Positions 1 through 8,317 of a stretch of DNA of 53,777 bases are shown here, piece after piece (the first letter of the stretch is position 1; every line of letters starts with the position of its first letter). Source of the stretch: a virus (taxonomy: Duplodnaviria > Caudoviricetes); the IMG/VR virus record IMGVR_UViG_3300012944_000029, positions 1 through 53,777 of that record; one strand, written 5' to 3'. Both the position numbers and the translations under genes were made by a program. Below the pieces are notes generated by a model. It made no database searches and was not told the DNA's origin. It saw only the letters and a program-made list of their open reading frames with translations.

Positions 1-123
1 ATGGCCTGATCCGCCGTCGTGTTCATATTGGCGCTGGCCAGCTTCCCAACATAACCGTAGCCGGGAACGGCCAGCGGCGTATTCTCCGCAATGGCCGTGA
101 TCCTCCCCTTGGTGTCCACAGTC
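1..123. repeat. 123-bp terminal direct repeat (circular-assembly overlap), left copy
   Basis: Bases 1-123 are identical to 53655-53777. Confidence 0.97.
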
Positions 124-761
124 ACGGTCAGCGTCTTTGAACTACTTCCGTACGCGGCGGCAGCCACCCCGGTCAATGCCAGTGTTGGTCCTGGATATGT
201 GCCAACCAGATCACCAGAGGCAGCCCCGTTCGGAGCGCGTGAATCGCTCAAACGCGAATCATTTCCTGCCGTCGCTTGCGTCGCTCCGGTGCCCAGCGTC
301 CGCATGCCAGCCACACCCGCCGCGCCGTCTTTGTTCGCCGCAGCCACCTTGGCGTCTGTAATCTTCAGGGCACCAACTGTAGGATTCGGGAAAGTACCAG
401 CCAAATCCCCACCAGCTGCGCCTGTTAGACTGCCAGCGTCCCCCTGAATGCCCGCCGCCACAATATGCGAACCTGCTCCGATAGCCGTCGCTCCGGCAGC
501 ATTGCCAGTGTATCCGAGATTCTTGAGCGTGACGGAGGTCGTGGACGGACGTGCGGTGGCCTGCATGTAACCCGCCGTCTCGATGAACACCACTTGCAGG
601 AGGCCAATCCATGTCGAATCCCCCACTGTAACCATCACGGTTCCATTAACCGCAGGCATGGAGAACCCAACGGCAACCGTGGTGAAGGCATTGACACCAT
701 TCGTGCCATTCGTGCCAGCAGCACCTGTTGCACCAATTGGTCCAGGAATTTCCAGACTCAC
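1..761 (-). CDS. Tail fibre-like protein, N-terminal part; the gene wraps the junction and continues 53654->53363 (350 aa total)
   Basis: GTG at 761 overlaps the TGA of 758..1033. The open frame MSLEIPGPIGATGAAGTNG...GGDLAGTFPNPTV...SGDLVGTYPGPTL...YGSSSKTLTVTVDTKGRI joins in frame to ORF 53363..53773. Missed by the ORF track. Confidence 0.8.
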   Translation of the reverse strand, partial: MSLEIPGPIGATGAAGTNGTNGVNAFTTVAVGFSMPAVNGTVMVTVGDSTWIGLLQVVFIETAGYMQATARPSTTSVTLKNLGYTGNAAGATAIGAGSHIVAAGIQGDAGSLTGAAGGDLAGTFPNPTVGALKITDAKVAAANKDGAAGVAGMRTLGTGATQATAGNDSRLSDSRAPNGAASGDLVGTYPGPTLALTGVAAAAYGSSSKTLTVTVDTKGRITAIAENTPLAVPGYGYVGKLASANMNTTADQA

Positions 762-1033
762 AATTTCAAGTACCGACCATTGCCCGTCACTTCTGTCAGC
801 TTAATAACCGTGGTGCCGTTGTCCGCCAAGGCGCTGCTGGCAGAATACTGGTAAAAGGCCCGACCAGCATCGAATTGCGCACTGGTGCCCAACAGCACCG
901 CGTAGGATGCGTCCGCTGGAGTTGCACCGGCCCGCATGTCGAGGAGCGTACTGAATACCGGGGCGGAGGCCGCAACGGTTACATCGCAATCGCAATCCGG
1001 ACATTCTTGGGGCACAGGGAGGGTTGAAGCCAT
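758..1033 (-). CDS. Small virion protein: stand-alone tailspike N-terminal/docking-like domain with Cys-rich leader
   Basis: Motif F-x-T-x3-MR...LLG...D...ADNGTTVIK...GRY; paralogous to 11984..13012 and 13015..13263. Confidence 0.6.
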   Translation of the reverse strand: MASTLPVPQECPDCDCDVTVAASAPVFSTLLDMRAGATPADASYAVLLGTSAQFDAGRAFYQYSASSALADNGTTVIKLTEVTGNGRYLKL

Positions 1034-1036
1034 AAA

Positions 1037-1891
1037 TCATCTTACCACGCCATCTGCGGCATTGGTAGGCTTTTGAATTATCTCGGTTTCCTGCACGGTT
1101 TTTTCTATCTTGGAAGTGATTTCCGCTTTCTTCTTTGCCGCCTGCAAATCCTCGTCGGCAATGACGGCTTTCCGTTCAAGCACGAGATTCTTGTGCGGCG
1201 TGTCCATCGTTTTGCTCAACTGATCCTCAACCACGACCTTGACGGCACCGTTTTGGTTTTTGGCTTTTTCAACGCCGCGCACCACGGCATCGTACGCATC
1301 GACACCGACGACCTTCAGCCAGCCGGCCATCTTCGGGAATGCCGCCACGATCCAGGCAAAGATTCTGCCAACCATGCTCAGGATGAATGGCAACGCTGCC
1401 GGCACAAAGACGCACAGAGCCACAATCCCGCCAATGCCGATCGTAGCAATGAGCCAGTGCCATGCGCGCTTTACGACCCCCTGATTGTGGGTGTCCTCGG
1501 CCTGCTGCCCGAGCGTTTGCAACTCGCGGAGCTGGTGCATCTGGATCGTGCGCAACTTCTGGTCGCTCTTGCGCTTGGCCGCCCATGCGTCTTCGGCATC
1601 CTTCCTGAGCTTCTCATTGTCGCTGAGTAGGAGGGCAACAAATGGCTTTTGATCTTCGAGCGGGTAACCAGTCAGCACCGCGGCATCATGGACGGCCTGA
1701 GATGCAATGTCGGTTTGTCTAGTCCGGTGCACAGGCGGCAGAGCATCGAGCGCCTCATCAGCAATCTGGACGTTCTCTTTGACACGCTCGGAAATCTTCT
1801 CCTCGACCTTGAGGAGCTTTCGCGCGTGCCAGGAGCACCCACAAACACTAATTGTCAAAACGATTAGTAGAACGTTAGCAGTTCGTTTCAT
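1037..1891 (-). CDS. Lipoprotein with coiled coil and internal TM segment(s); spanin-like
   Basis: N-terminal signal ending in a lipobox-like VCG-C, a coiled-coil middle, then hydrophobic AWHWLIATIGIGGIVALCVFVPAALPFILSMVGRIFAWIVAAF. Confidence 0.5.
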   Translation of the reverse strand: MKRTANVLLIVLTISVCGCSWHARKLLKVEEKISERVKENVQIADEALDALPPVHRTRQTDIASQAVHDAAVLTGYPLEDQKPFVALLLSDNEKLRKDAEDAWAAKRKSDQKLRTIQMHQLRELQTLGQQAEDTHNQGVVKRAWHWLIATIGIGGIVALCVFVPAALPFILSMVGRIFAWIVAAFPKMAGWLKVVGVDAYDAVVRGVEKAKNQNGAVKVVVEDQLSKTMDTPHKNLVLERKAVIADEDLQAAKKKAEITSKIEKTVQETEIIQKPTNAADGVVR

Positions 1892-2172
1892 TTCCCGATC
1901 TTCAACTTTTCCATGGACAACTCGATCTCCCGGATCTTCAGCTTGTTTTCCGCAATGTCCTTGTTTAATTGCCCAATCTGGATAAGCAACTCACCTTTGG
2001 GCATGAGATTGGGGACAACAAAATTATTGAGCACGATGTTGTTTCGCTCGCTTGCCCGCCACGAAGCGAAGCTTCCAATCGCTGCGGCTGCGATAATCGC
2101 GCCTCCGACTTGACCCCAATTCAGCAGCTTGAATCTGCCGTTAGAATTAGCAGGTTTGACAAACTCAGTCAC
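1888..2172 (-). CDS. Single-TM coiled-coil protein, holin-like
   Basis: GTG 2172 coupled to the upstream stop; one TM (WGQVGGAIIAAAAIGSFASW) plus C-terminal coiled coil; next to the lipoprotein gene. Confidence 0.4.
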   Translation of the reverse strand: MTEFVKPANSNGRFKLLNWGQVGGAIIAAAAIGSFASWRASERNNIVLNNFVVPNLMPKGELLIQIGQLNKDIAENKLKIREIELSMEKLKIGK

Positions 2173-2615
2173 TTGATGTCTCCCACAAAGATCGTGTCCC
2201 ACAATTCTCCAATGACCTCGATCATCATCGCGTGATCCTTGGATGTCAGATGCGTGTCCGCCTGAATTTGTTCAATGTCTACGTCGGCCTCGGTGCGGAG
2301 CAGGTCGGCCATTTCCACCTGGAACTTTTTGCCTTCCTCGCCCTTGAGCACGAGTTTCTCAGGGTTGCTCTCGCTGGGAGAGGCGTATTCCTTGAAACCC
2401 TTGTCTCTTGCGTCCTGGATTTCTTCCTGAGCAAGCTTGAGCCGTTTTAGGTTCCGGCCGAGCTTAATCTTCGTCACGAGATCGAAGTGGACTCTGCCCA
2501 TGCGCTTGGTCTCCATTTTGCCGTCCGCGTTGCTCTCGGACGTGAGCACGATCGGTTCGTCCAGGCGCTGAAGCGCGGCAATCATAGAATCAATCCTGGA
2601 GCGCCGGATTTTCAA
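2169..2615 (-). CDS. Hypothetical helical protein downstream of tail-fibre genes (possible chaperone)
   Basis: Coupled ORF in the operon; charged helical sequence. Confidence 0.6.
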   Translation of the reverse strand: MKIRRSRIDSMIAALQRLDEPIVLTSESNADGKMETKRMGRVHFDLVTKIKLGRNLKRLKLAQEEIQDARDKGFKEYASPSESNPEKLVLKGEEGKKFQVEMADLLRTEADVDIEQIQADTHLTSKDHAMMIEVIGELWDTIFVGDIK

Positions 2616-2890
2616 AGGCTTTGGGTGCGCTTGACCTTGAAAAGATTCGTATCGTGAAACCCTATAGCGATAAAGCTTTCGATTGCCGCGACAGAGCCTA
2701 CGGCGGCCACGAAATCTGCTTTTAGAATCTCGGCGTTGTCTCCGGTGAAATCGAGTGTCTGGTCAAGCGACGCGGATAGCCCACCGGCGTCGTATTCCCG
2801 CTTCAGAGAATCCAGCGTATCTCGTGCGGCCATGTAATTGTAAATCGCTAAACGGTATCTGCTGATGAAGTTCTGGTGGAGCAGGCTCAT
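2612..2890 (-). CDS. Hypothetical protein
   Basis: Coupled ORF in the operon. Confidence 0.65.
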   Translation of the reverse strand: MSLLHQNFISRYRLAIYNYMAARDTLDSLKREYDAGGLSASLDQTLDFTGDNAEILKADFVAAVGSVAAIESFIAIGFHDTNLFKVKRTQSL

Positions 2891-2893
2891 ATT

Positions 2894-3505
2894 TTAGATG
2901 TCGATTTCTTCCCAAACAAACCCTCCGAAACCCGTCACCGCAGTGAGTGCTCCAATGGCAATCCACGCGCCCGGAACCAATTCGATGATGCCAGCGAGAT
3001 CAATCCACCCAGGAGATGTTGATGGCAATGCCGCCGCAGTGAACCCGCTGCAAATCGGAAGGACGTAACCTGGGTTCACAATCGTCGCCTGGGTGTCCGC
3101 TTTCATGGTTGAGTTTAGCCCCCCGAGCAGAGCGCTTTGGATGCCAGGGGACGCGAGTGCTGCCGTATGAGTGACGATGCCTGCCGCCGAATAACCTCCG
3201 ATCAGGTGCAATGATGCGATCGCAGCCGGGGCCACAGAAAGCGCAAAGTAGCAACCCAGCATTGACGCATTCTTGGTATTGCCTGCCGGGTTGGAAATGC
3301 AAAGGCCGGTATAGGTTGTGGTTAGCGCGACAGAAACAGCCTGGGCCGCCTGATTACTCGCGTTAAATAGCCTCCCCAGCCTTGCCGATTCCCGGTAACG
3401 ACCATGTGCATCAGTGGCGACGATCGCTGCGGTTGGGTCTAACCTCTCCGTGGCCTGAGCGCCCTGACTGAGTTTGCGTTCACCGACCGATGCTTCACTT
3501 AACAT
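2894..3505 (-). CDS. Putative virion structural protein
   Basis: SD AAAGGA before the ATG; Ala/Gly/Thr-rich beta-type sequence. Confidence 0.6.
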   Translation of the reverse strand: MLSEASVGERKLSQGAQATERLDPTAAIVATDAHGRYRESARLGRLFNASNQAAQAVSVALTTTYTGLCISNPAGNTKNASMLGCYFALSVAPAAIASLHLIGGYSAAGIVTHTAALASPGIQSALLGGLNSTMKADTQATIVNPGYVLPICSGFTAAALPSTSPGWIDLAGIIELVPGAWIAIGALTAVTGFGGFVWEEIDI

Positions 3506-3519
3506 ATTGTCCTTTTGTT

Positions 3520-3765
3520 TTACCGAATCTCAAATCCATAGTGATCACCATTGCCGACCATCATGCTATCATAGTCTTTACGCATCCGGTCAAGCTCCAA
3601 CGCCTCCAGAAGCTCCTTGTTTCCGAGCGGTTTCCAAATGCCAATCGCGTCCCAAATATATCTGTTCCCGGTGTCCTCAGAGTACCATAGGTCTCCAGGC
3701 TGGGCTCCAGTTGATGGCTTTTCACCCTCCAACCCGACAAAGCTTTCTGCTGCTCTTATGCTCAT
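3520..3765 (-). CDS. Hypothetical small virion-associated protein
   Basis: MSIRAAESFVG...PGDLWYSEDTGNRYIWD...W motif, typical of small phage structural domains. Confidence 0.55.
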   Translation of the reverse strand: MSIRAAESFVGLEGEKPSTGAQPGDLWYSEDTGNRYIWDAIGIWKPLGNKELLEALELDRMRKDYDSMMVGNGDHYGFEIR

Positions 3766-3766
3766 T

Positions 3767-4084
3767 TTAATCGGGAACGGCAACCGCGTGAAGTTCTCCG
3801 GTAATTGTGATCAGCGCTGAGTTCAGGATTCTCACCGTAATGGCGCTGGCGGTTTGAGTTTCGATATGAATGATCGACAGCGCCAGGCTGGACCCAGTTG
3901 AGTCTTTGATCGTCAGTGCGCATGTGTAATTGGCATCGGCAAACGGCGTATCCCATGTTACCGTAATCAGCGTCGTGATGCCTGCCAGTAACGCTCCCGT
4001 CGAGACCCGCTTTGCTTGCACCGACAGAATCCCCACGGCCATCGACTTGTTCGCTGGAATATCGCCAAGCAGAGTCGCGGTCAT
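3767..4084 (-). CDS. Tail-fibre-associated small beta-sandwich protein
   Basis: ATG 4084; VTWDTPFADANYT motif, common in fibre tip domains. Confidence 0.55.
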   Translation of the reverse strand: MTATLLGDIPANKSMAVGILSVQAKRVSTGALLAGITTLITVTWDTPFADANYTCALTIKDSTGSSLALSIIHIETQTASAITVRILNSALITITGELHAVAVPD

Positions 4085-4085
4085 G

Positions 4086-5843
4086 TTATGTCCCGAAGAA
4101 TCCTGCACCCGTCATCAGATGGTCCATGATGGCCTTTATGGTTTGAAGCACATTAGTCAGCGTCCCGGTCGAGGTGTCGAATCCAGATTTGGACGCTGTG
4201 CCGGTTGGGAGTGTCCAGCCGGTACTCCTAAAGATCGTCACGAGCTTTGTGTTTTGATCCTGAAAGTTGATGGCTCTCTTGGTCCCGGTGCCAAGCGCAT
4301 CAGTGCTGATCACGATCCCGGTTGCTGAGGCATTGTGCTTAATGGTGAGCCGTTCGTAATTCGAGGCATCTGTCCGCGTCCCATAAAGGCTCCAGCTTTG
4401 GTTGTTTGTGCTGTTGTATTGCTCCAGCCAATTTGCGCTATTGCGGTAAAGGAACAAGTCCGGCGTGGTGGCTCCGCTGCTGCCCCAACAAAGCGGGAGC
4501 GCCGTAGCAATGATGATCTCCCCGGCGTTATCAATTCTCAGTCTTTCAAGCTGACTGACACTTCCGGCTGGGGTGGTGAAAAAACCTAATCTCCCTGGCA
4601 TATCGTTGGCGGCAGGGGTTCCGTCTATATTTACCCTTATCTCAGCAAGTCCTTTAAATGATACTCCATCATAAGCCTGGAAGATCAATCGGAGTTTATC
4701 TCCAGACGAAACAATGGTTGGGGAAGCCTCTGTTCCGTTGGCGCGCTGCCACAGCATTCTGGAATCTACCGAAGCGTCTGCCCCATAAGCTGTCATCCTG
4801 AACGAAGCGTTTTCACCTCCAGAACCCACGATGTGCAGCGTGTTGCCTGCACCCGGCAGCGCCGTGCCAATCCCAACATTGGACCCATTGTCAAAGATTC
4901 TGCTGGTTGCTGTGAGGTATGGCGCGGTTGCACTCCACTTCGGAATGTAATTGGTCGTGCCTGTGATTCCGGTGAGCGCGCCGGAGCCCGTGCCCTGAAC
5001 GATGCCGGTAAGCGTGGTGGTAATGTCTGCCGTGCTGATTGTTTGCCATGATGGGTCGGTGCCATCAGTCCTCCAGTATTTTCCAGCGGTTCCAATGGCG
5101 ACCCTGATATTGTTGCTTGCATCCCGGGTGAGCATGTCACCGCGTGTAGTGAGCGGGCTGAGGTTGTTGAACGCGCCCAGTGCAGTCCCGGAGTTTGTCC
5201 CGCCGCGCGCGATGGCGAGCGTTCCGGACGTGATGGCTGAGGCGTCCAATGCGATCGTGACGTTAGCGGCAAACGCCAGCCGCCCGTAAGCATCCACCGT
5301 GAATTGCCCAACCTGAGTTGCTGAACCGTACGTAGCGGCAGCAACCGCCGTGGTGATGAGATCAATGGTTGGGGTGAGTCCGCCAGAAGATGAGATTCGC
5401 GTTGCCGTGCCAGCGACCGACGTGACGAAAGTGCTATTAGAGATGTCGGCAGAAAGGATGGTTTGCCACGATGGATCGTTCCCGTCACTGCGGACGTACT
5501 TACCGGCAGCCCCGATGCCGAGCCTAATATTATTCCCCGCGCCGTCCCGTGTCAGAAGATCTCCCCTGGTCGTCAACGGCACTGACCCACCCACGATCAC
5601 CGTCGTGTTATTGATGATAGTGGCCGTTGCTTGGCTAAGCCCATCCTCGGTGACGAACCGGTTGGTGATGGACGGTTGCCCCTCGTTTCCCGTAAGTGCA
5701 TCCTGAATGTCCCGAGAAAGCTCGAAGGGCTCAGGGATGACTGGAAGATTCTCCTGAAGCCAATTATCCAACTGCCGCGCCCATGCCTCAATGCCAGGCG
5801 CTTCACGGATCACGTCCCAAGGGACTTCTGGAATGCTGGTCAT
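4086..5843 (-). CDS. Long tail fibre protein
   Basis: Likely start ATG 5843. Gly/Thr/Ala rich; duplicated PLTTRGD-LTRD...DG-DPSWQTI unit; TVDAYGR, GTLAIARGGT, GSNVGIGT and ERLRIDNAG fibre motifs. Confidence 0.85.
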   Translation of the reverse strand: MTSIPEVPWDVIREAPGIEAWARQLDNWLQENLPVIPEPFELSRDIQDALTGNEGQPSITNRFVTEDGLSQATATIINNTTVIVGGSVPLTTRGDLLTRDGAGNNIRLGIGAAGKYVRSDGNDPSWQTILSADISNSTFVTSVAGTATRISSSGGLTPTIDLITTAVAAATYGSATQVGQFTVDAYGRLAFAANVTIALDASAITSGTLAIARGGTNSGTALGAFNNLSPLTTRGDMLTRDASNNIRVAIGTAGKYWRTDGTDPSWQTISTADITTTLTGIVQGTGSGALTGITGTTNYIPKWSATAPYLTATSRIFDNGSNVGIGTALPGAGNTLHIVGSGGENASFRMTAYGADASVDSRMLWQRANGTEASPTIVSSGDKLRLIFQAYDGVSFKGLAEIRVNIDGTPAANDMPGRLGFFTTPAGSVSQLERLRIDNAGEIIIATALPLCWGSSGATTPDLFLYRNSANWLEQYNSTNNQSWSLYGTRTDASNYERLTIKHNASATGIVISTDALGTGTKRAINFQDQNTKLVTIFRSTGWTLPTGTASKSGFDTSTGTLTNVLQTIKAIMDHLMTGAGFFGT

Positions 5844-5846
5844 GCT

Positions 5847-5881
5847 GAAAAGGGCGAGCGTCCTTGCAGGAACGCCCGCCC
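5847..5881 (-). terminator. Intrinsic terminator after the capsid operon
   Basis: GGGCGGGCGT-TCCT-GCA-AGGA-CGCTCGCCC-TTTT; a second hairpin CGCTCCGAA-GAAA-TTCGGAGCG lies at ~5926-5947. Confidence 0.7.
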
Positions 5882-5957
5882 CCCTTATGAACAAACCAAC
5901 GCTGTGAGCTTAACGTTTCAATCCGCGCTCCGAATTTCTTCGGAGCGATTCCACACA

Positions 5958-6377
5958 TTACCCGCCCGAGCTTTGGGAGCCAAGCACCGTTTCTTGAATG
6001 GCGTAGTCAGCCTTCCAGACGATGTTCGTCACGGCAGCCCCCGTCACCCGAGAGCGCACGTAAGGGCCAGTTCCGTTCTGGGCGGCTGTTTTGCTGTCTG
6101 CGATGTCGAACGTCGCGGCCCACGCCGCATTGCTCTCCGCGGTGTAAACTGCCGTCACTGACCCCACAAGTGTTACGGTCCCCGCCGCGTTGACGACGTA
6201 GGTGGCGCGCACGACGTACCCCGCTGCTTGCGTCAGATCCTCGTTGAGCGCCGTTATGGCCGCCGTAATGAGATAAACCCGACTCGGCAGCAACTGATGG
6301 TAGCCGAGTGTGGTTTCCGTTGCGTCCGTTGTCCTGACAATCGGACCGAATGGACTGAAGGTATTTTGAGCTGGCAT
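5958..6377 (-). CDS. Putative capsid decoration/cement protein
   Basis: Immediately after the MCP, strong SD (GAAAGGA), beta-rich, followed by a terminator. Confidence 0.55.
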   Translation of the reverse strand: MPAQNTFSPFGPIVRTTDATETTLGYHQLLPSRVYLITAAITALNEDLTQAAGYVVRATYVVNAAGTVTLVGSVTAVYTAESNAAWAATFDIADSKTAAQNGTGPYVRSRVTGAAVTNIVWKADYAIQETVLGSQSSGG

Positions 6378-6391
6378 ATTATCCTTTCAGG

Positions 6392-7564
6392 TTAGCTGTC
6401 GCAACGATCGCGCAACGCCATCGGCGCGTCACAACGCAGGTGATTGAATGCCACTCCGCGCTCGGGGTGAACCGGCTGGCTGGCGCTTTCCAGAATCGCC
6501 CGGTGATACATGATCGTCTGGTCCGGGTTGCACACACGGTCAGGGATATTACGCAGCATGAATTTACCCGTGTAATTCACCGGGCTAAACTTGAAGTCCG
6601 GGTGCGGATTCGTGATCGTGTCCGGAATCAAGCTCGTAAACACAGTCGGGTCGAAGATGTATGACACTTCCGACGTGGCCGAATTCCAAGCCGACCGCAC
6701 GATCGCACGATTGCCCTTCGTGGCCGCCTCAATGTCGAACGGAGCAATTTCCGTGTACACGCCACCTGAGCAGGTGTAACGGATGGGGAACTCGTCGATG
6801 ATGTGGTAAAACCCGCGGTAAGTGCCTTCGACGCCATACTGGCCAAGAAGCTCCGAAGGCCGACCCCATCGGAAGTCTTGGCGAATTTCAGGGTCCTGGA
6901 ATATCAAAGCGTCGATCGTTTCCTGAGAAGCAATCAGTGTAAGCACCCCCGCCCCGTTCTGCTTGCCGAGCGCGGACATATTCGCCCCGTTCCGACGCAA
7001 CCTGACACCGTATCGGTTCAGCACGCCCTGGCTGAGCTGGGCTGTGGCGCACGACGCTGGCCACCCTTCTCCGGTCCCTTCGACATTGCCGCTCTGGCGG
7101 ATGACCACCTTAAGGGCCACCAGCCTAAGGTACTCATGCCGATACCTGATTTCCCATTCCAGCTTGGCGTATTCGGAGAGGACGCTGATGATTTTGTCGA
7201 GTTGATCGCGCAGGGCGAACACTGACCGGATTTCCTCCACGCAGAAGTCCGGCCCTTCTAGGGCTCGGCGCTGGAGTTGATATGTGCGATTGGTCGATCC
7301 GATCGCAATCTTCTGTACTGGCGGCAAACATGCGCCCCCTTCCGCGCCGCTTTCCACGGCAACATTCGTCCACGTCGGCACGGCATCGGTCGGGGCGGAG
7401 CGTTCATAAGTGAGATTCGTGAGAATTTCACCCATGCCAGCTTGCCACTGATCCCGGCGCACCAAACCGATCCAAGGCGAGGAGGGGAACACTCGATCAT
7501 AAATCATGGTCGAGAACCGCCCCGTCTCGCGTGCGAGAATGTCAATTATGGCTTGACAGCTTAT
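6392..7564 (-). CDS. Major capsid protein (start ATA 7564 proposed; first ATG at 7507)
   Basis: 371-390 aa with its own strong promoter upstream and a decoration-like gene plus terminator downstream. The frame is open upstream of the ATG to ATA-AGC-TGT, preceded by AAAAGG. Confidence 0.75.
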   Translation of the reverse strand: MSCQAIIDILARETGRFSTMIYDRVFPSSPWIGLVRRDQWQAGMGEILTNLTYERSAPTDAVPTWTNVAVESGAEGGACLPPVQKIAIGSTNRTYQLQRRALEGPDFCVEEIRSVFALRDQLDKIISVLSEYAKLEWEIRYRHEYLRLVALKVVIRQSGNVEGTGEGWPASCATAQLSQGVLNRYGVRLRRNGANMSALGKQNGAGVLTLIASQETIDALIFQDPEIRQDFRWGRPSELLGQYGVEGTYRGFYHIIDEFPIRYTCSGGVYTEIAPFDIEAATKGNRAIVRSAWNSATSEVSYIFDPTVFTSLIPDTITNPHPDFKFSPVNYTGKFMLRNIPDRVCNPDQTIMYHRAILESASQPVHPERGVAFNHLRCDAPMALRDRCDS

Positions 7565-7745
7565 AAGTAAACCTTTTGTTATTAACTATATACAATGAAC
7601 GCCATTAGCGTACAAGGTTGATTGTTGAGAACCGGTTTGAAGTCCGCTGCCAGGGCTTCTAACTACTTGAGCAGCGTGCTGTTTGATCGCGGTGGTAGGG
7701 CATCCACCCGTGGACCCAATTTGTTTTGCGACTCAGCTATTAGCT

Positions 7746-7774
7746 TAACTACTACTGAAGATTAGGTCTGTCAA
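7746..7774 (-). promoter_or_regulatory. Sigma70-like promoter for the capsid operon
   Basis: TTGACA-N17-TAGTTA on the minus strand. Confidence 0.6.
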
Positions 7775-7781
7775 ACAAAAC

Positions 7782-7810
7782 TTGCGCTTGGTCGGGAAAC
7801 AGGCCAATAT
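7782..7810 (+). promoter_or_regulatory. Promoter for the HNH gene, followed by a leader hairpin (7812-7849)
   Basis: TTGCGC-N17-CAATAT; GCATCAGA/TCTGATGC stem closed by GCGGC/GCCGC. Confidence 0.45.
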
Positions 7811-7877
7811 CGCGGCGAGCATCAGAGCTTAAATCTGATGCCCAGCCGCTCAACACAACAATGAAAGGATCATCGTC

Positions 7878-8312
7878 ATGCCTGCCGAACTATTGCCTGA
7901 GAATCAGCCAGAGGGAAGTCCAAAACCGCGTCACTTCAATTACGTCCACGGTCACAGCGTAAACCGCAAGATGTCCAAGACCTACAAGGCTTGGAGGAAC
8001 ATGCTCTCAAGGTGTTACAATCCGAACGATAAATGCTTTAAACATTACGGCGCGAGAGGGATCGGGGTTTGCGAGGAATGGCGTCATTGCTTCGATGCGT
8101 TCCTGACTTATGTCGGAGTGGCCCCAGCCCCGAACATGACCATGGAGAGGAAGGACAATGCCAGAAACTATGAGCCCGGGAATGTAAAATGGGCTGACCG
8201 ATGGGCGCAGGCTGGGAACAAACGGAACAATAGAATGGTCACGGTTCTCGGCGAGACTGGTCATTTCGCCAAGCCAATCCGTGGTTTAAGACGACCAGAG
8301 ATTAAACCGTAG
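7878..8312 (+). CDS. Free-standing HNH homing endonuclease (C-terminally short)
   Basis: YKAWRNMLSRCYNP...YGARGIGVCEEW...ERKDNARNYEPGNVKWA...NKRNN signature; opposite strand to its neighbours. Confidence 0.85.
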   Translation: MPAELLPENQPEGSPKPRHFNYVHGHSVNRKMSKTYKAWRNMLSRCYNPNDKCFKHYGARGIGVCEEWRHCFDAFLTYVGVAPAPNMTMERKDNARNYEPGNVKWADRWAQAGNKRNNRMVTVLGETGHFAKPIRGLRRPEIKP

Positions 8313-8317
8313 TCCCG

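Noticed and set aside
7565-8312. Group I intron explaining the missing MCP ATG
   Set aside because: The HNH is on the opposite strand, no P7 core was recognised, and a promoter lies between them.
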